From a virus (taxonomy: Duplodnaviria; Caudoviricetes), in the IMG/VR virus record IMGVR_UViG_3300032213_002204, positions 1-58,005 of that record: a stretch of 58,005 nucleotides of DNA; one strand, written 5' to 3'. Positions 25,261 to 34,886 of this stretch are shown piece by piece; the first letter of the stretch is position 1, and each line of letters begins with the position of its first letter. Position numbers and translations under genes: made by a program. Under the pieces are notes generated by a model, which was not told the DNA's origin, did no database searches, and was given only the letters and a program-made list of their open reading frames with translations.

Positions 25261-25515
25261 ATGGAAGCATCAAACGCATCGAACGCTCAGCCAAATCGTT
25301 CAACTGGTATGGCGAATATTCGCTATGGAGTTTACAACCAGCCCAGTAACATTGGTGGAAAGTCCATTCGTGAAGTTCGCGAACAGTTCAGCAAAATTTG
25401 GGGCATTCCCTCTGACGCAGTAGCTTACTGCGGCAAGGACAAGCTCGACGAGAACGCGGTTATTCAGCCAGGTCAAAACGTAGAGTTCCACCGCCGTGCA
25501 GGCGAAAAGGGCTGA
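25261..25515 (+). CDS. ubiquitin-like (beta-grasp) modifier protein
   Basis: GKSIREVR...GIP......LDENAVIQPGQNVEF pattern; exposed C-terminal RRAGEKG; follows E1. Confidence 0.85.
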   Translation: MEASNASNAQPNRSTGMANIRYGVYNQPSNIGGKSIREVREQFSKIWGIPSDAVAYCGKDKLDENAVIQPGQNVEFHRRAGEKG

Positions 25516-25528
25516 TTAACCCATATTC

Positions 25529-25568
25529 GGGGGAGGGTGCTGCTGGCATCCTCCCCCATATTTTTTTT
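25529..25568 (+). terminator. intrinsic terminator after the Ubl gene
   Basis: GGGGGAGGGTGC/GCATCCTCCCCC stem, then ATA and T8. Confidence 0.75.
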
Positions 25569-25603
25569 ATAAAGCCTACAGTTAGTTTGACGGTGAAAAA
25601 ATT

Positions 25604-27214
25604 ATGTTTGACAAAATTAAATTAGGTTATCCTAATATCTGGATTAAGGATTCTGATTCTTCCAGAATTATAGATATCATTACTACTACTCTTCCTAGAG
25701 ATTTTTATACTATTGATTTCCTTTCTGGATTCTCATTGTATTCCAATAATGCTTGGAAGACTGTCTTGGTAGAAAATCCAGCCTTTCAGTTAACTGGCGA
25801 AGACCAGTACATTTCCACCTTTGACCCTCAGGTTTCCTTAGATTATTTATTGCATAATCCTGACCGTCCCAAGAATCCCACAACTCTTATTATTGATGTC
25901 GTAGGTAAGCCCGACTCTGCTTTGGAAAACTATGGTTTATTTCTAAGTCATTTGAAATCTAAATATCGTCAAGCTTTTTGGCAAGATGACATGAGTCTTC
26001 TTCCACTGCAGTTTATTTTTATTTCAACACAGGATTGTCCGGAAGACTATCTTCCTTACTTTAATGTCAATGAAGACGTTATGCCCAATCCTCAAGAGCT
26101 AGCTACTATTGTTACTCATATTAATGAATCTGCACATGACCGCCTTCTCAATAACACTAGCGTCAAAGACGTTGTTAATGCCGGCATTGGACTCACCGAG
26201 TCTCAATTCATTGATCTTTGCTTAACGTCTATCGTTAATACTTCTCAACTTGATCCTAAATTCATTTACGATCAAAAGATGGCCAGCATTAAAAAGAATG
26301 GCATTCTAGAAATTATTAAACCCACTACTTCTTTTGCTGATATTGGTGGACTTAATAATATTAAAGATATCATTCGTCGAACCGCAGTACTCTGGAACGA
26401 TAAAGATCGAGCCAAATCTTTTGGAGTTACTCCTATCCGTAGACTTCTTATGGTTGGAGTTCCCGGCACTGGCAAATCAGCTATATGCCAGGCCACTGCA
26501 AATGAGCTTGGCTTAGACTTGGCACGTACAGGCATCAGTCAAGTTATGAACTCTTTCATTGGTCAATCAGAGGCCAACATGCGTGCCGTATTCAAACAGA
26601 TTAGACTTATGTCTCCCTTATGTGTTTGGATTGACGAGTTCGGTCGTGATCTTTCCGGCGGATCTAGTTCTTCCCATGTAGATGGTGGCACTACTGATCG
26701 TGTTCATGGTGAGTTCTTAACTGGTCTTCAGGAACTTCCAGAGGAAACATTCCTGCTTTGTGCAGCCAATCAACTAGAAGCTCTTCGTCCAGAAATGTTA
26801 CGCGCAGATCGCTTTGACAAAATTATGTTTGTTGGACTTCCTTCTCATGAAGAGCGTAAACATATTTTTCATATTCACTTAGATAAAATTGACACTGATC
26901 ATGATTATGATTATGATTCTTTGGCCGAAGCTTCTAAGTATATGACTGGTGCTGAGATTCTTTCTCTTATCCGTGAAACAAAATTCTATGTAGTTTCAGA
27001 ATCTCTTCGCCCTATAACTACCAAAGATATCCTTAGTTTTATTCCTAAAACCAAAAACACTATTTGGCTCAAACATAATGACATGGTTATGTCCATGTAT
27101 CAGTATGCCTTAGAGCAGTGGGATTGGGCCTCGACAGAACAAATGGAAGATGCTAGAATCATACTAGGAAAGTCTTCTGTTAAAAAACAAACGTCAACAA
27201 TTGCTTGGAAATAA
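25604..27214 (+). CDS. classical AAA+ ATPase (Ycf46/Cdc48-like)
   Basis: SFADIGGL, GVPGTGKS, FIGQSEAN, WIDE, AAN...PEMLRADRFD, TGAEI. Confidence 0.92.
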   Translation: MFDKIKLGYPNIWIKDSDSSRIIDIITTTLPRDFYTIDFLSGFSLYSNNAWKTVLVENPAFQLTGEDQYISTFDPQVSLDYLLHNPDRPKNPTTLIIDVVGKPDSALENYGLFLSHLKSKYRQAFWQDDMSLLPLQFIFISTQDCPEDYLPYFNVNEDVMPNPQELATIVTHINESAHDRLLNNTSVKDVVNAGIGLTESQFIDLCLTSIVNTSQLDPKFIYDQKMASIKKNGILEIIKPTTSFADIGGLNNIKDIIRRTAVLWNDKDRAKSFGVTPIRRLLMVGVPGTGKSAICQATANELGLDLARTGISQVMNSFIGQSEANMRAVFKQIRLMSPLCVWIDEFGRDLSGGSSSSHVDGGTTDRVHGEFLTGLQELPEETFLLCAANQLEALRPEMLRADRFDKIMFVGLPSHEERKHIFHIHLDKIDTDHDYDYDSLAEASKYMTGAEILSLIRETKFYVVSESLRPITTKDILSFIPKTKNTIWLKHNDMVMSMYQYALEQWDWASTEQMEDARIILGKSSVKKQTSTIAWK

Positions 27215-27223
27215 GGAACTATA

Positions 27224-27859
27224 ATGTCTGAATCATATGATAATATTGATGAATTTCTTGCCACTCTAGATAACGATGGAGCTAAAGAAACTTTAAAAAA
27301 TATAGATAATAAAGATTATCAACAGGATCTATATAAGAAATGGTTTAGATCCAAGACCCAAAGCGGATTCTTGGCTATTCGTCCTTGGCATCAAGCTTTA
27401 AAGATGAAGATTGATATCGGCAAAACTTCTTCAGAAGGAAAGCTTCAAAGCAGCACTGCAGTCTTTGTTGACTCAGTCGACTTTGCTGCCTATTTGCGAA
27501 GCGTAGCTAACGGCACAGCTACTGTAAATTATCCTCAAAACGAAAGAACAGGAGCTCCAACTAATGAAGCTTTTGTTTCTTATGGTGGTGCTACTATAGA
27601 CGGTAAGCCTGTTTCAAGAATATTCAAAGCTCATTACTGGCAGTCCGCTGAGACTACAGACGAAACTGCTTTTGTTTGGAAGTGTGGCCACTTTGCTGCC
27701 CGCAAATCTGATAGCGGAGCTTTTATTCCTGACATGAAGTCTCCTTTATCTATTGATCAAATTAAAGTAACTCGTCAAGACATATGCTCTATTGCATATC
27801 TTATGGATCTTTCCATGAATTCCCATGTCACTAACAATCAAGATTGGTATGAAATATGA
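27224..27859 (+). CDS. hypothetical protein
   Basis: AAGGA SD; 211 aa. Confidence 0.7.
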   Translation: MSESYDNIDEFLATLDNDGAKETLKNIDNKDYQQDLYKKWFRSKTQSGFLAIRPWHQALKMKIDIGKTSSEGKLQSSTAVFVDSVDFAAYLRSVANGTATVNYPQNERTGAPTNEAFVSYGGATIDGKPVSRIFKAHYWQSAETTDETAFVWKCGHFAARKSDSGAFIPDMKSPLSIDQIKVTRQDICSIAYLMDLSMNSHVTNNQDWYEI

Positions 27860-28242
27860 GCGATGACAATGAACACCTAGATCAGCATACTGCTGAATTC
27901 ATGACTAAGTTTTTCCAAGATATCATTGGGGGCTTAGCTTCTCAAATAGAAGATCGTCTTTCTGTCTTGGAAACTTCTATTGAAGCTATTGAAAAGCAAA
28001 TTGCAACTTTAATTATAAGCTATGGCGAACAAGCAGTTTTTACTGAAGCTCTTGTTGGCCAAATGGCTTTCGCTTCCGATGAAGCTCGTAAAGCATTCCA
28101 TGAGGCATTGAGTGAATCTCGTAAAAATATGTTGGAGGTTATGCAGAATGCATCCAAAGGAATCTTGGCTGATGAGAATCCAGGAGTTGCCTCAGCCCTT
28201 ACAAACATGGCTACAGAAAAGTTATCTGACACAGACCTCTGA
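27856..28242 (+). CDS. coiled-coil hypothetical protein
   Basis: ATGA coupling. Confidence 0.65.
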   Translation: MSDDNEHLDQHTAEFMTKFFQDIIGGLASQIEDRLSVLETSIEAIEKQIATLIISYGEQAVFTEALVGQMAFASDEARKAFHEALSESRKNMLEVMQNASKGILADENPGVASALTNMATEKLSDTDL

Positions 28243-28435
28243 TGGTTCTTGTGTCTTATTCGTAACTCTTTCTAATCAAGATTTTTTAAACAACTTTTCA
28301 TACTTAAGTCAGATATATCCTTTAGTTAAAGATATATATCCTGACGCTACATCACTGTATGTTACTTTCAGTTCTTTCCAGGATTTTATTAAAAGTGGGA
28401 AAATGGAAGTCTATTCTATCGAGGCAACAAAATGA
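28112..28435 (+). CDS. hypothetical protein (true start probably about 28208)
   Basis: 3' part fills the gap and is coupled to the next gene. Confidence 0.4.
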   Translation: MNLVKICWRLCRMHPKESWLMRIQELPQPLQTWLQKSYLTQTSDGSCVLFVTLSNQDFLNNFSYLSQIYPLVKDIYPDATSLYVTFSSFQDFIKSGKMEVYSIEATK

Positions 28436-28983
28436 CCATCATTCATCGATTCTCTGATTTGCATGAAATAAATAATTATATTTCATCTTCTATACATAAC
28501 CATTCTATGGTTCAATTACATGTTAATAATATTCAAGAGTATGCAGAAAGATTTTCTTTAAGTCCTTCTCTTATTCATGATATTCAAAACAGTAGTTATG
28601 AATTAATAACTTATCATTTATATATAGGATCTAAAACTTCTTATCGCAAGAATGTTCATAGCAATATTCCTAATGTTCTATATAAGAAGATATATAACTG
28701 TTTTAAATTAAATGGTTATATTCGTGAGGCAAATGGTACCTGCGTAGTTCTTTGTCTTAAGCCGATTACTCAAGAAGTCTATGATCAGATTTCTCATTCT
28801 TCTGATCTAGACAATCAAAAAGTTTTAAATCAACTTATAGATAACTTCTCAAATGTATCTGCTGATAATCAGTATTACATTGATTACATTAAAGCTCTTG
28901 AAAGCAAGTGCGATATTCTTTCTTTTGAAAATGAGAATTTAAAAACTCAAATACATAACACTAAAATATCTACATGGTATTAA
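28432..28983 (+). CDS. hypothetical protein
   Basis: 183 aa; C-terminal coiled coil. Confidence 0.65.
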   Translation: MTIIHRFSDLHEINNYISSSIHNHSMVQLHVNNIQEYAERFSLSPSLIHDIQNSSYELITYHLYIGSKTSYRKNVHSNIPNVLYKKIYNCFKLNGYIREANGTCVVLCLKPITQEVYDQISHSSDLDNQKVLNQLIDNFSNVSADNQYYIDYIKALESKCDILSFENENLKTQIHNTKISTWY

Positions 28984-29963
28984 ATTTTGAACTTCATACA
29001 TTAATGCCTTTTCAAAGTCTCAATATATTTAAACAGGAGATTCCTTTTATGTCTACTCATTATATTATTAATCAATTAAGTTCTACTTCTTTATCATTTA
29101 CTTTTCCTGTTTTAGTTCACTCGGAATCAAGTTCTGATGAGCCACCTAGTTATACCATTTATATTAATCATATGGAATCTATTCCTGATGGTGAAATAGT
29201 TTGGGATTATTTTGGATCCGGCGAGACTTACTGCAATTTAAATAAAGTAAATCTTATTCAGGCTAAAGACAATTTTTCTCAGTTGTATTCTAAGTATATG
29301 ATTGCTCATACTAGATTAGGACTTCAACCCCAAGTAGTTGGCCTAACTCCTTACGAATTTGCCCGTTCCGTTGAAGCTCCTTCTGGAAATTTAGCTTGGT
29401 CATTTACTTTGTCAACATTCTTTATTTTTGAGAAAAAAGCTACTGATGACGCTATATGCATCTATCTAACCAGGAAAAACGAAAAGACTACGCTTGTCTC
29501 CAAGCATTATCGTTTTGCTAACATTCCTAATAATGCATGCAATTGCTCTAGTCCTTCTGTTCCGAATTCTCAAACTAAAAATGTTTCTTGCCATTTTAGT
29601 TCCCAAAACTCAGACTGTCCTTTTTATGAGTATGATTCACAAATAGTTTATTCTCAGGATGTCACTCCAATTAACTCATCTCAAGTTTCTTCTTTTGATT
29701 TAGTTTATTATTTATCTATTCAAGGATTTCATACTTTTAAAATTAATAATTCTTCTCTTGGCGTTATTGTTAATACCCTAAAGTATCCATCTACTTTTTC
29801 TTACGATGATTCTTTAGTTGAAGCTATCTCAATTTTCAACCAATATTTGGACAGCTATTCATCTTCTGATTTTTCACTCTCTGAAGTCACAAGAGATACA
29901 CCTCAAGATACAAGCAAAGACATCGAAAAATCTAGCTATATCACTTCTCTTATTTCCTCTTAA
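28974..29963 (+). CDS. hypothetical protein (probable start MSTH after AGGAG)
   Basis: ORF track; CNC...CH...C cluster. Confidence 0.65.
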   Translation: MVLNFELHTLMPFQSLNIFKQEIPFMSTHYIINQLSSTSLSFTFPVLVHSESSSDEPPSYTIYINHMESIPDGEIVWDYFGSGETYCNLNKVNLIQAKDNFSQLYSKYMIAHTRLGLQPQVVGLTPYEFARSVEAPSGNLAWSFTLSTFFIFEKKATDDAICIYLTRKNEKTTLVSKHYRFANIPNNACNCSSPSVPNSQTKNVSCHFSSQNSDCPFYEYDSQIVYSQDVTPINSSQVSSFDLVYYLSIQGFHTFKINNSSLGVIVNTLKYPSTFSYDDSLVEAISIFNQYLDSYSSSDFSLSEVTRDTPQDTSKDIEKSSYITSLISS

Positions 29964-29974
29964 GGAACTACAAC

Positions 29975-31564
29975 ATGCCTAATATATATAACGAAAAGCT
30001 ATATACTACTATTGATAACGTTAACACCAAATCTTATAGTGTATCTACATCTTATGATCCAGTATTTAAAGAAGTTGCTTTTGTAGCTAAAAGATTTCCC
30101 CAGCTTTCATTTGAAGAAGCTTCTCTTTATCATACTTATGCACATGGTCAACATTTGGCTAATCTTGAATTTTCACAAATATCTGATGCCAATTTGCTAC
30201 CTCTTCTCACTGTATCAATTCAAGAAAAACTTTCTTTTGATACTAGTGCACTTATAGCGCAAGCTAATAATAATTCCACTACCCCTGTTATTTCAGATAC
30301 ATACCCTATAGCTACTCGATACATTGACACTAATGGCACTTATTACATTGAGCGACCACCATTCCAAACTGAAGTGGATTACAAAATAGGGGGCGCTAGC
30401 TCTAGAACCAAAAGAAGACTTACCAATATAAAGGTATGGATTCCTTGGACTCTTTTTGTTATTAATCCTAAAACTCAAAAAAGTGCCATGTACTTTTCCC
30501 ATAAGTCATTGACCAATATGGAAGATGTATACTTTGCTACTTATCTTCCTAATACTTATCAAGATGGCAGTATTTGTTATTCGCATAGCATTTCTTCAAT
30601 GCCCGAATATAATGAATTTTCTTCTTTGAGCGTTTCTCAAGTCTATGCTTTTTATATTAATGAGTATTTTGCTGGAGCATGGAACTCTGATTTATCTAAT
30701 CCATGGTCTACAGTGTTTCCTAAGGTATACACAATTATTCGTGATTATTTTCCCGAAGATAAAGATTCTTATCCGATGATGAGAAGATTGTTTGATCCTT
30801 CGGTTGAAGAACTACTTAATATATTTGGAAACAAAACTTCCTATATTAATTCAATTATTTCTTCAAAACAAAATAATTCAGTTAAATCCCTGGCTCACGC
30901 ATCTGCTGTTCCTTTAGAATATTGTGATAGCACTTACGCTCACCACTATATTCTTACGATCTTATCTACTTTTTCTCTTGAGGAAATACTTAATTTACTA
31001 GAAGAGTATTCTTCTATTCACACTCTTGTAACAAATGATTCTGATCATCCATACTGGAAATATTTTAAAAGATATTTCTATCAATATAAAACTAACTTTC
31101 AGCATTATGGCTCTTTCTCAAATGTATTAGAAACTGTACTTGGAAGCTTTTCTTCTTTGTCTCCTACCAATTCAATAGTTGAGATACCTCATGTTCTAAG
31201 AACTTTTGCTTCTGAAAATGAAATTACTGCGCCATATAATTTTATTGACACCCGCTTATTAATTATTAATAACGTTTCCGATACTAGCTCTTGGTCTTTT
31301 AGTCTTAGCTCCACTGCCTTTGATCAGTCTTACTGTTATATACAGGATAACTTTACTCCTTATGAGTACAAGAAGTTATTAGATAAAATCATTAACGATA
31401 GTAAAATAGATCCTCACGCATGTTCAAATAACATTTATTGTTATGATTTTTCGACTAAAGAAATACATGTAATTCCTTATTCAATTCAAACTTACATGGA
31501 TCTACTAAAGCTTTCTATCAATAATCAACTAGATATTGTAGGTTATATTAATGCAACCGTCTGA
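29975..31564 (+). CDS. Prok-E2-D-like protein (paralogue 2)
   Basis: IERPP...IPWTLF...MYFS...LPNTYQDGSICY...WNSDL. Confidence 0.55.
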   Translation: MPNIYNEKLYTTIDNVNTKSYSVSTSYDPVFKEVAFVAKRFPQLSFEEASLYHTYAHGQHLANLEFSQISDANLLPLLTVSIQEKLSFDTSALIAQANNNSTTPVISDTYPIATRYIDTNGTYYIERPPFQTEVDYKIGGASSRTKRRLTNIKVWIPWTLFVINPKTQKSAMYFSHKSLTNMEDVYFATYLPNTYQDGSICYSHSISSMPEYNEFSSLSVSQVYAFYINEYFAGAWNSDLSNPWSTVFPKVYTIIRDYFPEDKDSYPMMRRLFDPSVEELLNIFGNKTSYINSIISSKQNNSVKSLAHASAVPLEYCDSTYAHHYILTILSTFSLEEILNLLEEYSSIHTLVTNDSDHPYWKYFKRYFYQYKTNFQHYGSFSNVLETVLGSFSSLSPTNSIVEIPHVLRTFASENEITAPYNFIDTRLLIINNVSDTSSWSFSLSSTAFDQSYCYIQDNFTPYEYKKLLDKIINDSKIDPHACSNNIYCYDFSTKEIHVIPYSIQTYMDLLKLSINNQLDIVGYINATV

Positions 31565-32750
31565 AATCTCCTTTTTGCGCAATGCTCATTATTCTTTTGG
31601 TGATACGTCTGCTGTCTTGATGGCGGAATCCCAAATCATTGATACAGTATCCCATGCCTCCGTTGAAATTTCTTCCGAAAATGAGCAAGTACTTTCTCGC
31701 TTATCTTCATTTATTATGAATTTAAATTCTGATAATATCTTTTCTAAGGATACGGGCATTATGCCTCCCGGAGTTCTTCATATTGATTCTAATCTTATTA
31801 TCTTTGAAAGACCTCCTCAATATCAAAACATTCAAATAATTCCTCAAATCGTTGATCATATAGATTACGACAGGCATGACACTAAGCTTTACAGACTGCC
31901 AATTCCCTGGCAGTTGTATGTGTGTACCTACAGTATTTATGGTGGTAGATACTATCCTAATTCTGTAAGAATGTATTTCATGAATTCATCCATAACTGGA
32001 TCTGATATCTCAAATCATAGAGTGTATCTTCCCACTCTTCCCAACTTTTATACTTCAGGCCTTCTGTGCAATCCCATGTATGCCTCCATGGAAGATGTTG
32101 AACGCTATGACAATAGCATAGCTGGAGTTATCCAAGCTTCCTATGACTGGATCTGGAATAGTGGAACTAATCTAGATTTAACAATGAATATTGTTGAAGC
32201 TTATTTTCAGTTACTCCCCCTAAAGGCCGAGGGCATTCCTACTGTCTTTGACAAAGACTTAACCTCCTCTGCTTCGCAGGTTCATATATCTTCTTACTTT
32301 TTAGACTTTTCTTCTATTGACTTTTTCTTTAAGCTTTGGGAACAGTTTAATATTCATGAAGTTAGTTCTTTAGCTTGGCCTAATCCTTCTACTTCGGACA
32401 GAGTTGCTACCGAAGTTCGCAGCGTTGGAGAATCATTTCTTCAAGACTTTTTTGCAGAAAATAATATAACAGATCCTCCTTATCGTGTTGAAACTAGTGA
32501 ATGCGATTGTCAATGTGATGACGAAGAATGTGACTGTGAATGTGAATGTGATCTAAGTGAACAAAATGTTTACCTTTACAATCAAGCCCAATATGGAAGA
32601 TACGTTCGTTCAAGACTTTCTTCTATGACAACATGTGGTAAAGTTCTAGATCACATTCGTGCTGCCAATCACGCTTCCAATGCGTATGATGAATATACTA
32701 TATTGAATATTTCTCGAGCAATTATTGCAAATTCATCACTTACAATTTGA
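31551..32750 (+). CDS. Prok-E2-D-like protein (paralogue 3) with a Cys/acidic tract
   Basis: MPPGVL...FERPP...LPIPWQLY...MYFM...LPNFYTSGLLCNP...TNLDL. Confidence 0.6.
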   Translation: MQPSEISFLRNAHYSFGDTSAVLMAESQIIDTVSHASVEISSENEQVLSRLSSFIMNLNSDNIFSKDTGIMPPGVLHIDSNLIIFERPPQYQNIQIIPQIVDHIDYDRHDTKLYRLPIPWQLYVCTYSIYGGRYYPNSVRMYFMNSSITGSDISNHRVYLPTLPNFYTSGLLCNPMYASMEDVERYDNSIAGVIQASYDWIWNSGTNLDLTMNIVEAYFQLLPLKAEGIPTVFDKDLTSSASQVHISSYFLDFSSIDFFFKLWEQFNIHEVSSLAWPNPSTSDRVATEVRSVGESFLQDFFAENNITDPPYRVETSECDCQCDDEECDCECECDLSEQNVYLYNQAQYGRYVRSRLSSMTTCGKVLDHIRAANHASNAYDEYTILNISRAIIANSSLTI

Positions 32751-32775
32751 CTTCACTAGTATTATTTGCTACTAT
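32747..32775 (+). promoter_or_regulatory. sigma70/SigA-type promoter
   Basis: TTGACT-17 bp-TACTAT with extended TG. Confidence 0.65.
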
Positions 32776-32809
32776 ATAATTATATAAACACCGATAAAGG
32801 TAGTAAAAA

Positions 32810-33106
32810 TTGAATAAAATAACTAATCAAGAACCTATTTTTACTAGGTCTGAAGTATCACAAATTCTTAATGTCACTACTCTTACGGTTTCTAATCGTG
32901 AGAAAAATAAAAAGTATCCTCTTCCCCGTAGAGATTTAAATAATTATAGAATCTATACCTTGAATGATGTTTTCAATCTTCAATTGATAACCTATAGTCA
33001 CATCGACCCAAAGCCTATCATATCAATTTTATACGATAAGGGTTACAGTGATATAAAAGCTTTAGGTCAGATGATTGACTCTGCCCTTTCTAAGAGAACA
33101 GGATAA
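32810..33106 (+). CDS. MerR-type HTH DNA-binding protein
   Basis: FTRSEVSQILNVT..TV...E......RDLNNYRIYTLNDV. Confidence 0.8.
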   Translation: MNKITNQEPIFTRSEVSQILNVTTLTVSNREKNKKYPLPRRDLNNYRIYTLNDVFNLQLITYSHIDPKPIISILYDKGYSDIKALGQMIDSALSKRTG

Positions 33107-33109
33107 TAT

Positions 33110-33337
33110 ATGTCAGAAGACAAAAAACATTTACTTGTTGATGAACAACCTGATTTAGTTTCTACTGATATAATAACTGAATTAAAGTCAGGAATATATA
33201 ATCTATTTGTTGCTTTATTTAATCATCAAATAGCATTGCATGGTCCAGAAAAAGCTTTAGAGTTATCTATCCAGTATCTAAAAAATATTATAGCTAACTT
33301 TGAAAATGCGTTACAACAACCAGATGAGGAGAAATAA
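33110..33337 (+). CDS. hypothetical protein
   Basis: AGGA SD. Confidence 0.6.
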   Translation: MSEDKKHLLVDEQPDLVSTDIITELKSGIYNLFVALFNHQIALHGPEKALELSIQYLKNIIANFENALQQPDEEK

Positions 33338-33763
33338 ATGTTAGATCCACAAAACTTAATTAATATTACCGGAGGCCTTATTGCCGATCCGGAAATGGTT
33401 AATGGTAAAATTTTTAAAGCTAGAATTGGTGTCGATTATTCTGGATCAGAAAAAGACTCTGATAATAACTCAGGATACTTTGACATCGTTTATTACTTGA
33501 AGGACAAAGATGGCTTTGTCAGCAAGAATGCTAGCTTTGTTAATGGTCAGCTTGACCAGAGTAAATTGAAAAAGGGTTCAACAGTTTCGATTGTTGGTCG
33601 TTTAGTTCAGGAACGCTGGAAGCAGGATGAGCAATCACGTTCACGTATTGTTATCGTTGTTGAGCACTTGACCTATTCTTCACGTGGCTCAAAGGGAACT
33701 TCAGATTCCTCTAAGGAATCAGCTCCTGCTCAGGCGTCTGCCTCTATTCCTTCAAGTTTCTGA
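33338..33763 (+). CDS. ssb: single-stranded DNA-binding protein
   Basis: INITGGLIADPE...LKKGSTVSIVGRLVQERW...RSRI; C-terminal Phe. Confidence 0.88.
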   Translation: MLDPQNLINITGGLIADPEMVNGKIFKARIGVDYSGSEKDSDNNSGYFDIVYYLKDKDGFVSKNASFVNGQLDQSKLKKGSTVSIVGRLVQERWKQDEQSRSRIVIVVEHLTYSSRGSKGTSDSSKESAPAQASASIPSSF

Positions 33764-34518
33764 TGGAAGAGTTCAATGAGCTTGAGCTAAAGGAACTCAT
33801 TGATTTTGCACTGTCTAAAGCTGACAATTCTCATCCATTTGGAAACTCTGGAAGCTATTTAGGTTTAGCTGAAACGGATATTTTATCTTTTGTTTATTCT
33901 CGTTTAGAAAATAAAATGGCTATATCTCAGATGGCTGAATTATTTCATGATATACGAAATGATATTTTATCTCGAAAAATTTCAACTAACATTCGAGACT
34001 TACATACGATAACTAAAAACTGTCGCAAATGTAAGATCGACGCTACTCCAGAGCTTCCAAAATGGAATGTAGAAAATCCCGATGTAGTGATTGTATTAGA
34101 GTCACCTTCAGTCTCACCTGATGCGATTACCCTTATGATCACTGCATTCAAGAACGCTGGCTTTAACTCTGATCAACTATGTTTAACTTATGTTAATAGA
34201 TGTCCAATTAGGCGTAAATTTGAAAACGAAGAGATAACAAATTGTTCTCCATATTTACATTTGGAATTACAGCTTCTTAATCCTAAGTTAATCATTTGTT
34301 TAGGCGGACTTCCTTCTTCTGTTTTGTTTGGTACTCAAATAAAAATAAAAGACGTCAGAGGTAACATAACATGGTTGGGTTACTGGCCTATAGTTTCTAC
34401 TTACTCTCCTATGTATGTTTTAAAGTCTGGCGGAAATACTCCCAATCAGTTCTCTGCCGACATTAAACAAGCTTATGATTTCGTTGTTTCTAAGAGCAAG
34501 GTCGAAAATGACAATTGA
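33763..34518 (+). CDS. uracil-DNA glycosylase family 4-like, degenerate
   Basis: CRKC, TYVNRC, EI..CSPYL..ELQLLNPKLIICLG; ends TYSP rather than TYHP. Confidence 0.75.
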   Translation: MEEFNELELKELIDFALSKADNSHPFGNSGSYLGLAETDILSFVYSRLENKMAISQMAELFHDIRNDILSRKISTNIRDLHTITKNCRKCKIDATPELPKWNVENPDVVIVLESPSVSPDAITLMITAFKNAGFNSDQLCLTYVNRCPIRRKFENEEITNCSPYLHLELQLLNPKLIICLGGLPSSVLFGTQIKIKDVRGNITWLGYWPIVSTYSPMYVLKSGGNTPNQFSADIKQAYDFVVSKSKVENDN

Positions 34519-34885
34519 TATCTGGACTTTGTCCTCAATACAAAATTTATCTGATGGTGATATAAGTTCTTTTCAAGAAATAGTTCTTCGTGATGTAAAA
34601 GCTAAATTTCTTACTTCTGAAGAACGAACAATACTTGTTAATAATTTAGATCTTTGGCTATTCTGTTTGCGTAATCTTCGCAAGGAAATAGAACTCCAAC
34701 TTACTCAGTCTAAAGTAAATGTTCGCGAAGAAGTTAGACAAATGCAGATTGACTCATTTTCTTCTGACGAAATAGAATCTTATATTATTTCACAAAGTAA
34801 ATGGCGCAGTAATGCAATTAAATTCCTTACTGCTATAGAACGTAAAAACTTATATGTAAAACTTCTTGTAGACGAACAAGATTAA
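34475..34885 (+). CDS. hypothetical protein
   Basis: ORF track; probable start at MTID. Confidence 0.6.
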   Translation: MISLFLRARSKMTIDIWTLSSIQNLSDGDISSFQEIVLRDVKAKFLTSEERTILVNNLDLWLFCLRNLRKEIELQLTQSKVNVREEVRQMQIDSFSSDEIESYIISQSKWRSNAIKFLTAIERKNLYVKLLVDEQD

Positions 34886-34886
34886 T

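Noticed and set aside
24486-25515. ThiF/ThiS or MoeB/MoaD cofactor biosynthesis
   Set aside because: No thiamine, molybdopterin or sulfur-relay genes are nearby, the Ubl ends in KG rather than GG, and E2-like and JAB genes flank it.
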